The position numbers were made by a program, and so were the translations under genes. A DNA stretch of 64,000 bases. Source: Macrostomum lignano. Lineage: Eukaryota. The DNA lies in assembly GCA_002269645.1 (NCBI GenBank), contig NIVC01001818.1, positions 6,459 to 70,458 on the forward strand, given 5' to 3'. The notes under the pieces are model-generated. The model was not told where the DNA came from and ran no database searches. It saw only the letters and a list, made by a program, of their open reading frames with translations. Shown piece by piece: positions 63,963-64,000 of the stretch (positions are counted from its first letter, which is position 1; the number at the start of each line of letters is the position of its first letter).

Positions 63963-64000
<38 letters not shown>
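63810..64000. repeat. (TATC)n/(TGTC)n microsatellite
   Basis: Directly visible. Confidence 0.95.

Overview
This is a eukaryotic (invertebrate animal) genomic window. Its style fits a free-living flatworm such as Macrostomum, but that identification is inference only. Splicing exons by hand at GT..AG junctions with matching phases gives seven essentially complete genes and two partial ones. In order: (1) the 3' end of an otoferlin-type ferlin with a duplicated transmembrane-anchor last exon; (2) a ~1119-aa Toll-like receptor with multiple cysteine clusters and a strongly divergent TIR domain; (3) a two-exon orphan ORF; (4) an ankyrin-repeat gene; (5) a Cys-loop nAChR-family subunit carrying the anion-selective Pro-Ala motif; (6) a five-exon type I Ig-domain receptor with ITIM-like tyrosine motifs, largely invisible in the ORF track; (7) cyclin L with a candidate conserved alternative 'poison' acceptor; (8) intronless LSM6; (9) a signal-peptide first exon at the right edge. 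Introns and spacers hold about a dozen distinct minisatellite arrays, several TIR transposon derivatives with recognisable target-site duplications (hAT, Harbinger-like, Mutator-like, CMC/EnSpm-like) and a CORE-type SINE. No CRISPR array, rRNA or intact tRNA was found. Most long ORFs in the supplied track over repeats are artefacts.
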